Source: Epiperipatus broadwayi
Lineage: Eukaryota; Animalia; Onychophora
NCBI GenBank assembly: GCA_028023455.1
Contig: JAQFVV010000004.1
Location: forward strand, 20,026,001 to 20,090,000
DNA: 64,000 bases
Direction: 5' to 3'
Shown: piece after piece, positions 1 through 12,077 of the stretch
How the letters are laid out: each line of letters starts with the position of its first letter
Numbering within the stretch: position 1 is the stretch's first letter
Made by a program: the position numbers and the translations under genes
The notes under the pieces: model-generated
The model's database searches: none
What the model was told of the DNA's origin: nothing
What the model saw: the letters and a program-made list of their open reading frames with translations, nothing else

Positions 1-761
1 TTTCCTTTCAATGCTCTAGGATTTTCTGTCTGATAAATTAGCATTGGCTAAAATTTAAAATTACCTCCAAGAAGGAATGTTAATCTGTTTTTAGAAGGTT
101 TATGCCCAGGTATAACTGATTCTTCCTTTGCTAAATATATATGTGCAGGCATCTTTTTCCAAAATAATCCTGTCTCATCTACATTGAAAACTAGGCATGG
201 AAAATAAGCTCCATCTTTAATGATATTAGAGAAAGTGGAAATAAATTCACTGGCAGCTTTCTTATCTGCACTGGCACCTTCCCCAGTACATTTAATATTA
301 TGTAAAGAATATCTCATTTTAAATTTGTGAAACCAGCCATTGCTTGCTACAAATTCAACAGCAGAGTCTTCTTTTAATTCTTTCTTCCAATCTTCATGCA
401 AACTAAGAGCCTTAGCTTGAATAATTGATAAACTCACTGGGATGCCTTTTTGATGTTGATCTTCAATCCATAAAGCCAAAGATTTCTCCATTTCATCCAT
501 TACTCTGCCATGTCTTTTTGAAACAATCTTTGAAGAAATATTTCCACAATTTTTAACATATTCCTTAATTTTGTTCTTGTTTTTCACAATTGTATATATT
601 GTTGATCAGTTTAAATTACCTGAACATGCAATTGAAGCAAAAGATTCACCATTTTCAGAATGTCTAATTATATCCATTTTTGTCTCGATTGTTTGGGGTT
701 TATGAGACCTTGATTTCTTTTTAGTTGTATCAACACTGCTGTTTTTTCATTTCTCACTCAT
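1..761 (-). pseudogene. Tigger/pogo (CENP-B-like) DNA transposase relic, runs off the window start
   Basis: ORF 48..587 has a CENP-B HTH (MEKSLALWIEDQ...FVASNGWFHKFKMR) and the start of a DDE_1 domain (VFNVDETGLFWK). The frame extends upstream to ATG 761 through two stops (KKKSRSHKPQTIETKMDIIRH, HTH_psq-like) and downstream past a TAG into PMLIYQTENPRALKG. Confidence 0.9.
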
Positions 762-1825
762 GTTTTTAATTAATAAGAATGAAAAAAATTCACCAAAACA
801 GAAATATATGCAGTGAATGTGTAGCGTAATCATGCACAAACTACTTTTAAAAATAAACACTAATCAAGACAGTCTGTGACGATGCTAAAAATAAAAGTAA
901 TCAATGTCAGAGAGATGGGAAGATTTACTGTATTTTAAATAGGTTTTTATTGTTCTCTAAAATATACTTTTAATTATTTTTCTAAATTCCAAAGTTTATC
1001 TTTCTTTAGAAAAAAATCAATTACGAATGTAAGTAAATAGTTTTTTTATATGCGCATAGATAAAGATCTAAAATCCAAAGTGATTACGTAACAGTGAAAT
1101 GTTCTGGCAGCTTCCAGTTCATATGGTGAACAATGTGTATACTGTCATTCAGCTCTGACAAAATTTGTTACATGACTATACCTTAAAATGGACTGATTAT
1201 TTACAACCAACTCCCCTTCCATAATGAAATCAACTGGATTTATTGAGTATCATTACTTATTGACCTATTTCTAATATTGGAAGATATATCTATTCACATT
1301 GATCTGTGATGCTGAATAATCAATCAAATCAAGATAAGATGGAATTTGGCTAGTCCATTAGTTGAAGATAAGTTGAAGCATAATATAAATATTATGGATT
1401 ATTATTGTAATTTGAGTAATGCATTTAATTGCTACTGTCACATGAGCAGGTTATTTAATTGTTCTTCTTTTTATTTTTTTTCTTTTCTGCCCAATATTTC
1501 AAATTAATATATGTGTCATTATTGACAGTTGAATGTATTTGGAATATTTAAATAAAGTTAAAGTTTTCTAAAGACATTCAATATTTATCATAGATAGATG
1601 GAAATAGTCCAATATATAAATACAAGAATAAATAAAGTTTAAATTTTTATAAAAACATTTAGCAATTTCAATTTGATGATAAAAATAATAATTAAAACTT
1701 ATTTAAAATGTATATCCGAGTTCGAAAATTATAGAAGAATTAATAAAAGAAGTAATAAAAATAAAGTAAAACTTATCTTTCAAAAGTAACCTTTATGGGA
1801 AAGTTACAACTGTTCTTATGATTCT

Positions 1826-2312
1826 AAATGGGCAGGGACTACATACTGTCTACCTGCCCATGTGTATCACAGAGAATACAGTGCTTTACATATTAAGAAG
1901 TCAACAATGAGTATTATATAGCATTCAAAAATTCTGAATTCCAAGACTCCGATACAATGCAACTAAGGCACCATGTTGTTTGCATTAGTGGAACATCCAG
2001 CGAGAGCCAATCCACACCTTCAAGCTTTAAAGCCCCAAAATCTAAAATGATTGAAGACCATACCTTATGTCTGATGTCAATTGAATATTGTTTTTAAAAA
2101 CAATCAGGATAACACAAAAAGGAATAAAATTAAAACAAATCATGTATGCAGCAGAACCATCTTCCTCCTATGATTACCCATTTTCATTCAAGGATTTAAA
2201 ATTCAGAAATGATGCCAATAGGGCAGACCAAATGGGCAGTGACCACATTCTGTCTATCTGCCCATGCGGATCACAGGGAATACAATGCTTTACATATTAA
2301 TTTGTCAACAAT
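1826..2312. repeat. Diverged 83-bp direct repeat (1826-1908 and 2230-2312)
   Basis: aaatgggcagggactacatactgtctacctgcccatg...gtcaacaat recurs 404 bp later at roughly 80% identity. Each copy contains an atgggcag/ctgcccat inverted pair. Confidence 0.8.
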
Positions 2313-3243
2313 TTTAGATTACATTCAACACATTTGTTTGAGGTGCTAAAACAAAAAAAAAATATATCATTAAAAACTTAAACATTGTGATTTAACCATA
2401 AAGGAAAAACAGAAGATGCAAGGAGAGAAATTAAGTATATATATACAATAAATAATTATTAAAGATTGAAAAAATTGATCAAAAATAAGTATTTCTAGAA
2501 ATTTTATTTCCATTTTTTTTTTTTTTTTAAAATAAAAACAAATAATTTAAGGACCAGAAGTGACTGACCAGAAACTATAATCCATACACTCTGAGCTCCA
2601 GAATCCCATTATTCTATCATTCCACTAAATTTTGCATATGTAATAATATAATATCCATTTAATTTCAAATAAATGCAATTAAAATGGCACAGAATATATT
2701 TTTAAGTATAATATTACACATAAAGGGATTAAAAAGATAGGCTTTATCTTATTTGTCAACGCCCCCCCCCCCCATCATTACTGATTTATTATAAAAATTT
2801 CAAAAACTGAAATGAAAATGGCTGAGACTATGACAAGATTTAGTCATTTCTCTGCTAATATTAAAAGTTTTTTTTTTTAATTAAAAATGATTTGAAGTAT
2901 TTGCTCAGCATTCAAACACCCAAATAGCAGATTGAGCACAAGAATTCCATTAAATTGACCAAATTGATTTTTTTTTACTTTACTCAATTGAGAATCAATT
3001 CAAGAATACTTAGCTCTTTATTCTCTCTCTCTCTCTGTGTGCTCAATCACACGGACTAAAAGCATCTTCAGAAAAGACCTAACAGATAGAATTTTGTAGA
3101 AAGTAATGGAGAAAAAAACCCTTTACCTATAATGGATTAGTTCTGTTTGAAGGTGATGAATTTCAGAATTATTTCCAGAAATATAAGTATTAATAATTTG
3201 TATTATTCAAATAATTTTTTATATATTTTCATACTAAACTTAC

Positions 3244-3394
3244 CTGTGGACATACTTAAGTTCTGCTAAATAGCTAAGACCCCGAGCAACATCTAAGGCC
3301 ATGGATGTGAGCCTCTGAGGACTTACTTCCTCAGCTTCTTTACTAATTTGATTAGTAAGCTGCCTTCGTGCCAAAAGATATGTTTTAAGATCAC
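3244..3394 (-). CDS. VKR: Receptor tyrosine kinase internal exon (151 nt), Venus kinase receptor-like
   Basis: Translates (G)DLKTYLLARRQLTNQISKEAEEVSPQRLTSMALDVARGLSYLAELKYVHR, leading into the catalytic HRD loop. Acceptor tttcag and donor CAG|gtaagt. Its phase 1 start matches the end of exon 36726-36846. The VKR assignment is from recalled similarity to insect VKRs (EFMLYGDLKTYLLARR), not from a database search. Confidence 0.85.
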
Positions 3395-5024
3395 CTGAAA
3401 CAGAAATACAATAATCTTTATTAATATATATTTTCAAGTTTTTTGTTTTTTATCAATAAATCTTTCACCTTAGTTCCAAGATACCACAACCATTCATCAG
3501 CACAGAAATCAGACCAATCTCTCTCACTACAGATGCATTGTGAAACATCTTACTCACTTTTCAAATAAGTAAAACATACATATCACATGATATAATTTAA
3601 CTTCACACTTACATTTTTAGATAAGCATATATATGTATAGTAACTATATTGTCACCTGATAGCATTGAGTACAGTTGATTACTAGAATTTAATTATTTTC
3701 ATCTCAGTTTATTTATTTATTTGGCAAATAATTATATGATGAGAATTAGCACAAATTTTGGTTTTTCAGGGTAACTTTCATTATTCATGTAGCACATCAA
3801 CATTAAAAAAATAAATCAGATGGTTTATTATGCAAAGTCATGGTCCATGGATTTGATCTATAAATTCTGCACCAATCTATATATGACATCACCATTTAAT
3901 GTCCTAAAATCCTTTCATTCACAAATTCCTTTGTTACCCATCTGGCTAACAAGGATCTGACGCCCACATAATAACAAGAATAGGATAGAGCAAGCATGTT
4001 TGAAAACAAAGAATTGCACTAGCACACAAAAATTAAATAATATATTTTAAAATAAGAATAGTTCAATGCTATATTAATGATATTAAAATTAAGGAAAACT
4101 TTACATAAGTATATAAACATGTTTAGAAATATGAATCACACCCTATCATTAATTAATTTTAGCAGTACTACCTGTGTCACTTGCAAAGTGCAAATAAAGC
4201 AAGTAAGAAAAGTCAGTTTTTTTCCATGCCATTGCAAAGATCTTAAGTATTGAAATTCACAACAATGTAAACAACAGGCATGAATATAAATATGTTAGAT
4301 TAACAGCTCTTAAATGAATAGTTTAGATCTACATGTATTTCTAGCCTGCTTTATTATGCAAAAAAAAATATTTCACTATTCAATACTTGACTAATAAAGA
4401 ATGACTTTGAGATATATGTGGAATACATAATGTTTTTTTACATAAATGTATGTCAATCATTAATGAAGAATGAATTTTAACATAAATTACCCCCCCCCCC
4501 CCCCAAAGATACATATCCCAATATCAAATACTTTAGCGATTAGAGCTAATTATATATGAAAATTAGATAAAAATTTTATATAAGTAAATGATTAAAATCT
4601 GTCACAATTTATTTAAGTTATATTGTTCAGTTTGAAGAGCTCATGACAAATATCTGAACTAGTTTTATTTTATTAAAATTATTTTGGAATAAGTCCAAAT
4701 TCAAGTTTTATTAGGCCCTAGAGCTTCCATAGTGCTTTCAGTAGGTTTTTGCATTCAGTGCACTAATAGATCAACCGACATTGTGCCATAAATGGTCAGC
4801 AATTATTGAAGTTTGAAAAGTCTTTGGAAGGGTGTCATTTTCCCATTGCCATAAATCATATGGTTGTACACAATGTCATTTTTAATAAGTAAACAGTATA
4901 GTATATTTAACAGTCAAGCTGAAAACTGAATAAAGTCTGGATATATCTATTACTTTTTAATTTTAAAATAATAATTTAATGAATTAACAAATTCTGACAA
5001 TAATTTTAAAAAGTCATCAAAATA

Positions 5025-5205
5025 TATACAAATCACAAAATAAGAGTCATAGATCACATGATCCTATTCTCTTAAGCTTGTAAGTTATAAACAATGAGGA
5101 ATGCCAATTCCTCAACAAGCTTTGTGATAAATGCTGTCTCTGGCTAAGCATTTATCATAAAGATTGTTGAGGAATTGGCAATCCTCATAGTTTATACAAA
5201 TCACA
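5025..5205. mobile_element. Fold-back mini-element with 13-bp TSD
   Basis: TSD tatacaaatcaca at 5025-5037 and 5193-5205. Motif gatcacatgatc at 5052-5063. 50-bp inverted arms 5086-5135 and 5147-5196. Body is similar to the HHR-downstream spacer at 9790-9870. Confidence 0.8.
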
Positions 5206-6442
5206 TTTCATTATGTACCAAATGCATTAAGTTATTCTTATACGATGGGTGCATCTAAAAATAAATCCATTATTCCAAAACAATCTGCTTATTTGTATAT
5301 ATATCTGGCTGGGTTTGATACTTTATTCAGCCTCCTTTAGTAAACACTTCAAAATTTATAGGCACACACTGCATGGAATAATTTATTAAAGCACAATTTA
5401 TGAGATATCTTCAAAAAAGAAAACAAAAAAAAAATATATGAAAAGTTTAAAAAATTAATCAATTTACTATTAATTAAATGTTAGCATCTTGAAATAGTAA
5501 GGATACAATGAAAGTTAAGACTTTACATATTTCCAGTGAAACTAATTTGCTATTATCCCATTTCTTTTTTTACTTGAGTTTTATTTTACCATTTTTATAC
5601 TGTACTATATTTTTATGGCATCATGTTATGGTTTACTTAATAAAATACAATTTTGACAAAGCACTTAAAAAGGATCACTTTAGAAGGTTAATTTTTGTAG
5701 GTAGAAAACCTCTTTTCAAATCTTCAATTTCTTAGATATCCTTCAATATCAGGAGTTTGCAAAAATTTTATTTCCTTAAAACTTAATTTTTATCACCATA
5801 TTATTTTTGTTTTAGTTTGTGGCTGATATTTATCTTTCCTCAGCTCTAATTGGTGAACAGACTATTGATTTAGAAACACATTTTATCTTTCAGAATAACA
5901 GTAGGAAATTATAAAATATTTTTATGGTTATAAATTTTTCTTCTCCAGTGATAACATTTCCATATAGTGATGACAACTCAGCAAAAGATAGTACTTAGAA
6001 AACATCTTATAAATTTAAATCAGTGATGAATAACTTTCTTATGACTGTAATTGAAAAATGAGAAGATAATCTCTCAATTCTGATTTAATCTGTTTCTTCA
6101 GTAATATTGATGGTAAAGATTTTTTTTTGGGGACTTTGACTGGTTCTTTGGGTAATTTATACTTTTGATGTCTTCAAATACTGGTAACTTGCAATTGAAC
6201 CTCATTTCCAGCTAGCTTTTTTGGAAACAAACTGAAGAAAACTTAAAAAAAGACTAAAAACCAACCAACTAGTGTTCCTTTTCATTTCTTATTTTATCTT
6301 TCTTTGTCCTTCCACAATTCTTACACATGACAAATTTGTTCCTAGTTAATGACATATTTGTCTTTCAACCAGTCTCTGATTACTGTCTCATTTAATTAAT
6401 ATTTAAAAAAATAATTGAAAGTATATTCTCTTTTTATCTTTG

Positions 6443-6665
6443 AACAATGTGTTTAACCACTAAATATCACATGATCAAAATTCCAAGGCTCCTCACTGAC
6501 AAAGGCCACAAGCCAGAAACTAGTCTGGGGATATTGGATGAGTAGGCACTAGATGGGGATTTTATGCACAAGCCTTCTGGCATCCATTGATTACTCTGGC
6601 TGGCACTGAGCTGAGTGGCACTACTATATGGAGAGTTTTGCCTGTTTTAAATAACAATGTGTTTA
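6443..6665. mobile_element. HHR-bearing mini-element with 13-bp TSD
   Basis: TSD aacaatgtgttta at 6443-6455 and 6653-6665. Begins accactaaatatcacatgatc, contains an HHR at 6491-6530, and 6550-6652 is homologous (opposite strand) to 32950-33030 and 33955-34140. Confidence 0.85.
6491..6530 (+). ncRNA. Minimal type I hammerhead ribozyme (G8 mutated to A)
   Basis: CCTCA CTGACAA A GGC CACAA GCC A GAAA CTAG T C TGGGG: stem I CCTCA/TGGGG, stem II GGC/GCC, palindromic stem III ACTAGT, GUC cleavage triplet. Confidence 0.75.
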
Positions 6666-7461
6666 GTTTTATAAAAACTGAAATTTAAGTTTAAACTTTA
6701 AAATGTAAATATAACTTTACATAATTTTTAAAATATAAAAAAAATTCTTCTCTTTTCAAACAAAATTTACTTCACAACACCCAATTCCAAATTTATAGAT
6801 TAATTTTAATGATGTGTGTAATTTCTTCCAACAATATGTGAAAAGTGGCAGACAATTTTAACTCACTATTAAAAATACAGTATAATTAATTTTTTTTGTT
6901 CATATCACAATAAATATAAATTTTAATCTATTTTGCTTTACAGAATTTTTTAATTCCTCTTATTTAACTTTAACTATAACAGAAAATAGTGTTTAAATTC
7001 TTAGAACTGTTCAAACAATTCAAAATTTTGGAAAAAATATCTTCCAATAGTAAATTTTCTTAGTAAAATTTTTTTATTTTTTTTTAAATATATGTACACA
7101 CATTTCTATTGAAACACTATATAATTGTTAATATACTAAAGTTTTAATTTTACAATAACCACATTTCACAATTTGAATTATTGTACAAAATTAGCAATAA
7201 TTTTTGATGCACCCATAGACATTTAATATTTTTTTACCTTACGGAATACACAATTTTTAATATCTCAGTCTCCAAAGCTTTTCTTTTATAGCTAGACTGA
7301 ATAACTTAACTGTTTTATTATTTCTCTAAGTATTAGTAAATACAATACTACCATTATATATATATATATATATATTATGTCTGTATTTTTAAAGCAATAT
7401 ATGTAATTATATAACTGAATATTTATAAATACAGTAACTAAATAATTAAAATTTTTATCCA

Positions 7462-7505
7462 CTTAGGAACGCTTTCGATTATCCCAGTAATCTTTGTCAA
7501 CTAAA
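7462..7505 (-). ncRNA. Minimal type I hammerhead ribozyme, U3-A8 core
   Basis: TTTAG TTGACAA A GATTA CTGGGA TAATC GAAA GCGT T C CTAAG: 5-bp stem I, 5-bp stem II, intact GAAA, NUH = UUC. Confidence 0.75.
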
Positions 7506-7555
7506 GCTTTGAACATTAAGATCACGGAATTGTGGGAAAATTAGCATTTCAAAGC

Positions 7556-7599
7556 TTTAGTTGACAAAGATTACTGGGATAATCAAAAGCTCTCCTAAA
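7556..7599 (+). ncRNA. Mirror copy of the U3-A8 hammerhead (G12 mutated to A)
   Basis: TTTAG TTGACAA A GATTA CTGGGA TAATC AAAA GCTC T C CTAAA. Confidence 0.65.
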
Positions 7600-7914
7600 T
7601 GGATAAAAAATTTAATTATTTAGTTATTGTATTTATAAATATTCAGTTATATAATTACATATATATATAAGTTTAATGTTAAACATCAAAAGATGGCATA
7701 ATACAAAGCTTTTCTTTCACGGCTAGATTGATAATTTTGTTACTCTGATTATTAGTAAATGCAATGCCACCATTATGTATAAGATTAATGTTAAACTCCC
7801 AAAGATAGCATATTAGATGTAGATATATTTGTCTGTGCATGTGTGTATTTGTACTATTTTTAAATATCAGTTAAATTTGTAAAATTTAAAAAAACAAATT
7901 AATTAGAGATATAC

Positions 7915-8052
7915 AATATCACATGACTTTCCCATTTGATAAAGGCAAAAAGCTGGAAACTGGTCTGAGAGAGGGATATTATAGCATTATATTATCTAGT
8001 GCCCATTGATTATTTAATACTTACATATTAGACCTGTTGTGAAATATCACAT
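7915..8052 (+). mobile_element. Degenerate HHR mini-element, candidate 10-bp TSD
   Basis: aatatcacat at 7915-7924 and 8043-8052. Contains ttgataa a ggc aaaa gct g gaaa ctgg t c tgaga (about 7930-7969), homologous to the 6491 and 9390 HHRs. Confidence 0.55.
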
Positions 8053-9322
8053 ACGTATTAGTCCTGTGATAACTTTCTAATCTTGTAAAATAACATCTGC
8101 ATGGGATATTCTGACATACTTAATCCATCAATTTTGATAAATGATGACAAATAATTTTATTTTGCACAAAATGGTGACCAATAATTTTATTGAGTGGAAA
8201 TAAACAAACACATATTTATGTTTTGAAATGAATTGAGTTATTTGCAAAAATGACAAGAACTAACTTTATTTCATACAAAATGGCAACCTATAACTTTATT
8301 TACTGGAAAAAAATGAACACATATTAAAATAGATGTCTCTAGAATAGATTTAATAGAACTGCTCTTTAATTCTATTTGGTGTAGGGTTTTTTATTTAAAT
8401 ATTTAGATACATAAAAAAATAATAATTAGAAGGCAAATTTTTGTTTAGAAATATTATTTCTTAAATACAAATGTAATAATCAAATCTTATATATATATTT
8501 TAGTGGAATAACAAATTCAAAGTATCCCACTACTTTCTCTACTTACTTTCCAATAACTGTATTAGAAGCAATAATTCAAATTGTTTACTCTTCTTTAAAA
8601 CCTGTTTATTGCAAACTTGAGTAATTAATGGACATGAATGCCACATTAAAATCATTGATTAGTTTTTAGCCATAAACCTTCAATAATGAGAAACTGAATT
8701 TGCATAAAATTCTAAACCCGAGGTCCACAGTTTAAGCAACTTCATTTAATGGCAAATGCAAAGACTTTTGATTCTTTATAAGAAAGTATCAATATCTGCA
8801 TTAAAAGTAATAAATTACTAATTTTTCATTCAAGGTTACAATAGATGGCTCTCTAATAAACTAAACATTGAATTTATGCTGTTAATTTAATGTTTCATTG
8901 ATTAATAAAAATGTTCTTTAATCAATCAAAATACATGCAAGGCAATTGTAAGTATGTGATTAATCACAATAGAACATCAGTTTGGTTTCTAGTGCTATTA
9001 GGAATGTGAGAAACTTGAATTACAGAATATTTATAACTTTTTGTTAAGAGGAATTCCAAAGATTATTTTCCTGATAGTAAGATCAACTTTTAAACTCAAG
9101 TTGAGTATAAAATATAAATTAATAATCTTGTAAAAAAAATACTTTACGTATCTATTAACAATTCTTATTATCTAAAATATTTTTGGTTCTTAATTTTTGC
9201 ATTAAAAAAAACAACAAAAATGTATGTTTGAAAAAATACTGCATTTTAAGCTTACCTTGAATACACTTCAGTGTTACATATCCATGTTCATGTAAATGTG
9301 AAATTTTCTATTAAGATAAGCC

Positions 9323-9895
9323 CAACTATAAAAGTATTATATAATGAGCATGCCAATAGCTCTTAACAAGCTTTTCAGAATATCCCTATCCTCAAATCAG
9401 TGTCTAGCTTTGGCTTTCATCAGTGAGGCACTGGAATATTCAAGCATTAGATTTAAAACACCAGGTCAAGCCCAGCACTTTATTTAATGGTTAATTATTA
9501 GATAGGAAATCTGAAAATTCAGACATCCATATATGTCTACAAATCCAGCTATGTAACTTAAATAGCCATATGAGATGAAACCAAGTTCAGATACACCATA
9601 TATTAATAGTTAGCAATATAAAATCACTGAAGCCTTAAGAGCAATAACAATAATTGCAAGGAAATCAAGTCATATATCACGTGACTTAATTTAATAAGCT
9701 TGTATTACAAATGTTAGATAATGAGCATACCAATAAATCTTAACAAGCCAGAGCTAGAAACTGATCTGAGGATAAGGATATTCTGAAAAGCTTGTTAAGA
9801 GCTATTGGCACGCTCATTATATAACATTTGTAATACAAGCTTATTAAATTAAGTCATATGATATATGACTTGATTTCCTTACAACTATAAAAGTA
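9323..9895. mobile_element. Composite HHR/fold-back element with 14-bp TSD
   Basis: TSD caactataaaagta at 9323-9336 and 9882-9895. Minus-strand HHR at 9390-9428. Hairpin arms 9651-9748 and 9790-9889, whose loop holds the 3' half of a second HHR (agc caga gct a gaaa ctga t c tgagg, 9746-9771). atcacgtgac motif near 9676. Confidence 0.85.
9390..9428 (-). ncRNA. Minimal type I hammerhead ribozyme, canonical CUGAUGA core (GAAA decayed to GACA)
   Basis: CCTCA CTGATGA A AGC CAAA GCT A GACA CTGA T T TGAGG, with a perfect 5-bp stem I. Confidence 0.75.
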
Positions 9896-11483
9896 GAATC
9901 AATATTTGAATGTGTTCATATATATAGTATATGACAGATTAAAATTTATTTAATATGCAAATGATCATTAACCAAAAAAAAAACAGTTACTTGTAATAGT
10001 GTAAAAATAGAACATCCATATTTTCATTACTTTCGATGATTAAATAAAATATTTTATTTTATGGTCCATCAATACATAATTACATAAATAATTATTATTA
10101 AATGCCATCAAACTGATATTGACACCTAGCAATTACATAAAAATTTCTTTAGAATGATTTATTATCAATTTGATTTTTTAAGCTAAGCCGAGAGATACTC
10201 ATTATTGTAACAACATGCTCCAATCATCCTGCAGCTGTTTGCAGTATAGTGAATAAATATTTTTTGTTACAATCATTTTTTTTTATGAATTAGATTGCCT
10301 CACGATATGATATATATAATTTAATTTAGTCAATGTATTTGAGCAAGAATCCTGCTCTCATTGGATCAAGAACTCATTTGTTTTTCTTATTGGCCACAAA
10401 ATTCTCAAAAGTCTTGTGCCTACTCTTATCAATACCTTTCTTTCATTCTTTTTCAGTGTCAATTTTCATATCCATTAGAAATTCACCGGATATATCATAA
10501 TGTGAACAATTTTAAATTCGTTTTTAAGGATACAAGAATGTGTGCATTAATGCTACACTCAGTATTAATATTATTTTTTTCCTCATTTTACTACAGACTT
10601 ATTAGTGGTAAAAACAAACTCTTTAGAAACTAAAAACAAAAATAAAACATAACCAAACAGTTTATTTATTTACTTCAGTTGAACTTAAAATTTATGACAT
10701 TATTATTTTATTTTTGAGTTTTTATTATTATTACAATTTAGATGTCTTACAAATAACATTACTTATAATATTTTATATTTACATATTGTTTTTTATAACC
10801 ATTTGTAAAGTTGATTATATCTTAATTTATTTAAATATAAAATGAACCTAAAAATAATGTATGTCTTAAATTTCATATATAATCTTCAAATAGTTAAAAT
10901 CTCTCATAAATCACTATAAAACATAACAATTTGTATGATTCTTAATGAATTAAATTATAATATTTTTCCAACTAATAAAGATTTTAAAACTAAAAAATTG
11001 CAAAGTTTATGAGTGGTATTTCTAATGATTTCTATGATAATCAATACAAATTTTAAAAATATTTAAATTTTTAATAATTTAAAATCCATCTAAATAATAA
11101 ATATAAAAAATAAATATGATTTGAATATTTGATGGTGACATTATACAATATATATATAGTAAACATAATACAGTCAAATAATTATCTACTAGTTAATTGA
11201 ATCCCATTTTATTAAAAGTACTTTAAGTATGCATCTATGTTAAATGATTTAAAGGATTAAAAAATACTGACATATTTTTGATTAAGATAATTAAATGTTA
11301 AATGAAACCTCTTCTATTTTTAATTTAAACATAATGAAAACCACAATATCAAAATAGACAAATAATTACATTTAATTTGAATCTATAATGTTCTATTACA
11401 ACAAATGAAAATGTGCATTATGATATGGCACATATAAATAAATAATCAAGCAAGGTATTTATTTAACAAATTTATATATATAT

Positions 11484-11641
11484 TGTAAACACTTAATCAA
11501 TTGAATTAAACAACTCAAAATAATAGACAACTGTTTTGTATGCAATTTAATTTAATATCATTAAATTAAATTGCATAATATTGCATACACAACAGTTGTC
11601 TATTATTTTGAGTTATATATAATTCAATTTATTAAGTGTTT
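11484..11641. repeat. AT-rich fold-back inverted repeat
   Basis: taaacacttaatcaattgaatt...acaactgttttgtatgcaat pairs with attgcatacacaacagttgt...aattcaatttattaagtgttta, with a smaller hairpin inside. No HHR found. Confidence 0.85.
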
Positions 11642-11814
11642 ATAAGTTTTTGACAACATTATGGTCATATCAGTTACTGAAAAATGACTATAAAAAACAA
11701 AATATATATTGTAATATGTGACAGTCTTTCTAAAGTGTAATTATAATGATAATCAGCTAATTATAAAAATAAAATTATTTAAAATTATGTCATTTATGAT
11801 GTTGTCCAGTGTAT

Positions 11815-11999
11815 TATAATAGTTTTTAATTATAAATTTATTTAAATGCGCACACATTGATTACGTAAGTAATATTCATTAAGGCTGTAGCCTCAAGCAC
11901 ATGTGTATAAAATGCGATAGTAGGGACGTCCACGTCCCTACTATCACATTTTATACACATGTGCTTGAGGCTACAGCCTTAATGAGTATAATAGTTTTT
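11815..11999. mobile_element. Fold-back element with 13-bp TSD
   Basis: TSD tataatagttttt at 11815-11827 and 11987-11999. Near-perfect ~55-bp arms centred on gggacgt-cc-acgtccc. Confidence 0.8.
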
Positions 12000-12077
12000 G
12001 AAAATTTTGTATCAAATTTTGAAGGTGTAGCAGAATAATCTAACAGTGATTTTATTTAAACACGTACTAAATTAAAC

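Larger units (their letters stand above)
7397..7664. repeat. Long inverted repeat (117-bp arms, 34-nt loop) with an HHR in each arm
   Basis: Arms 7397-7513 and 7548-7664 are near-perfect reverse complements. The loop contains gatcacggaat, a variant of the GATCACGTGAT motif. Confidence 0.9.

Noticed and set aside
3395-3437. N-terminus (MKIYINKDYCISVS) of the ORF-track kinase peptide
   Set aside because: It lies upstream of the tttcag acceptor and is intronic.
6050-6400. piggyBac-like C-terminal Cys string (CKNCGRTKKDK)
   Set aside because: Too short and decayed, with no TIR or catalytic domain to support it.
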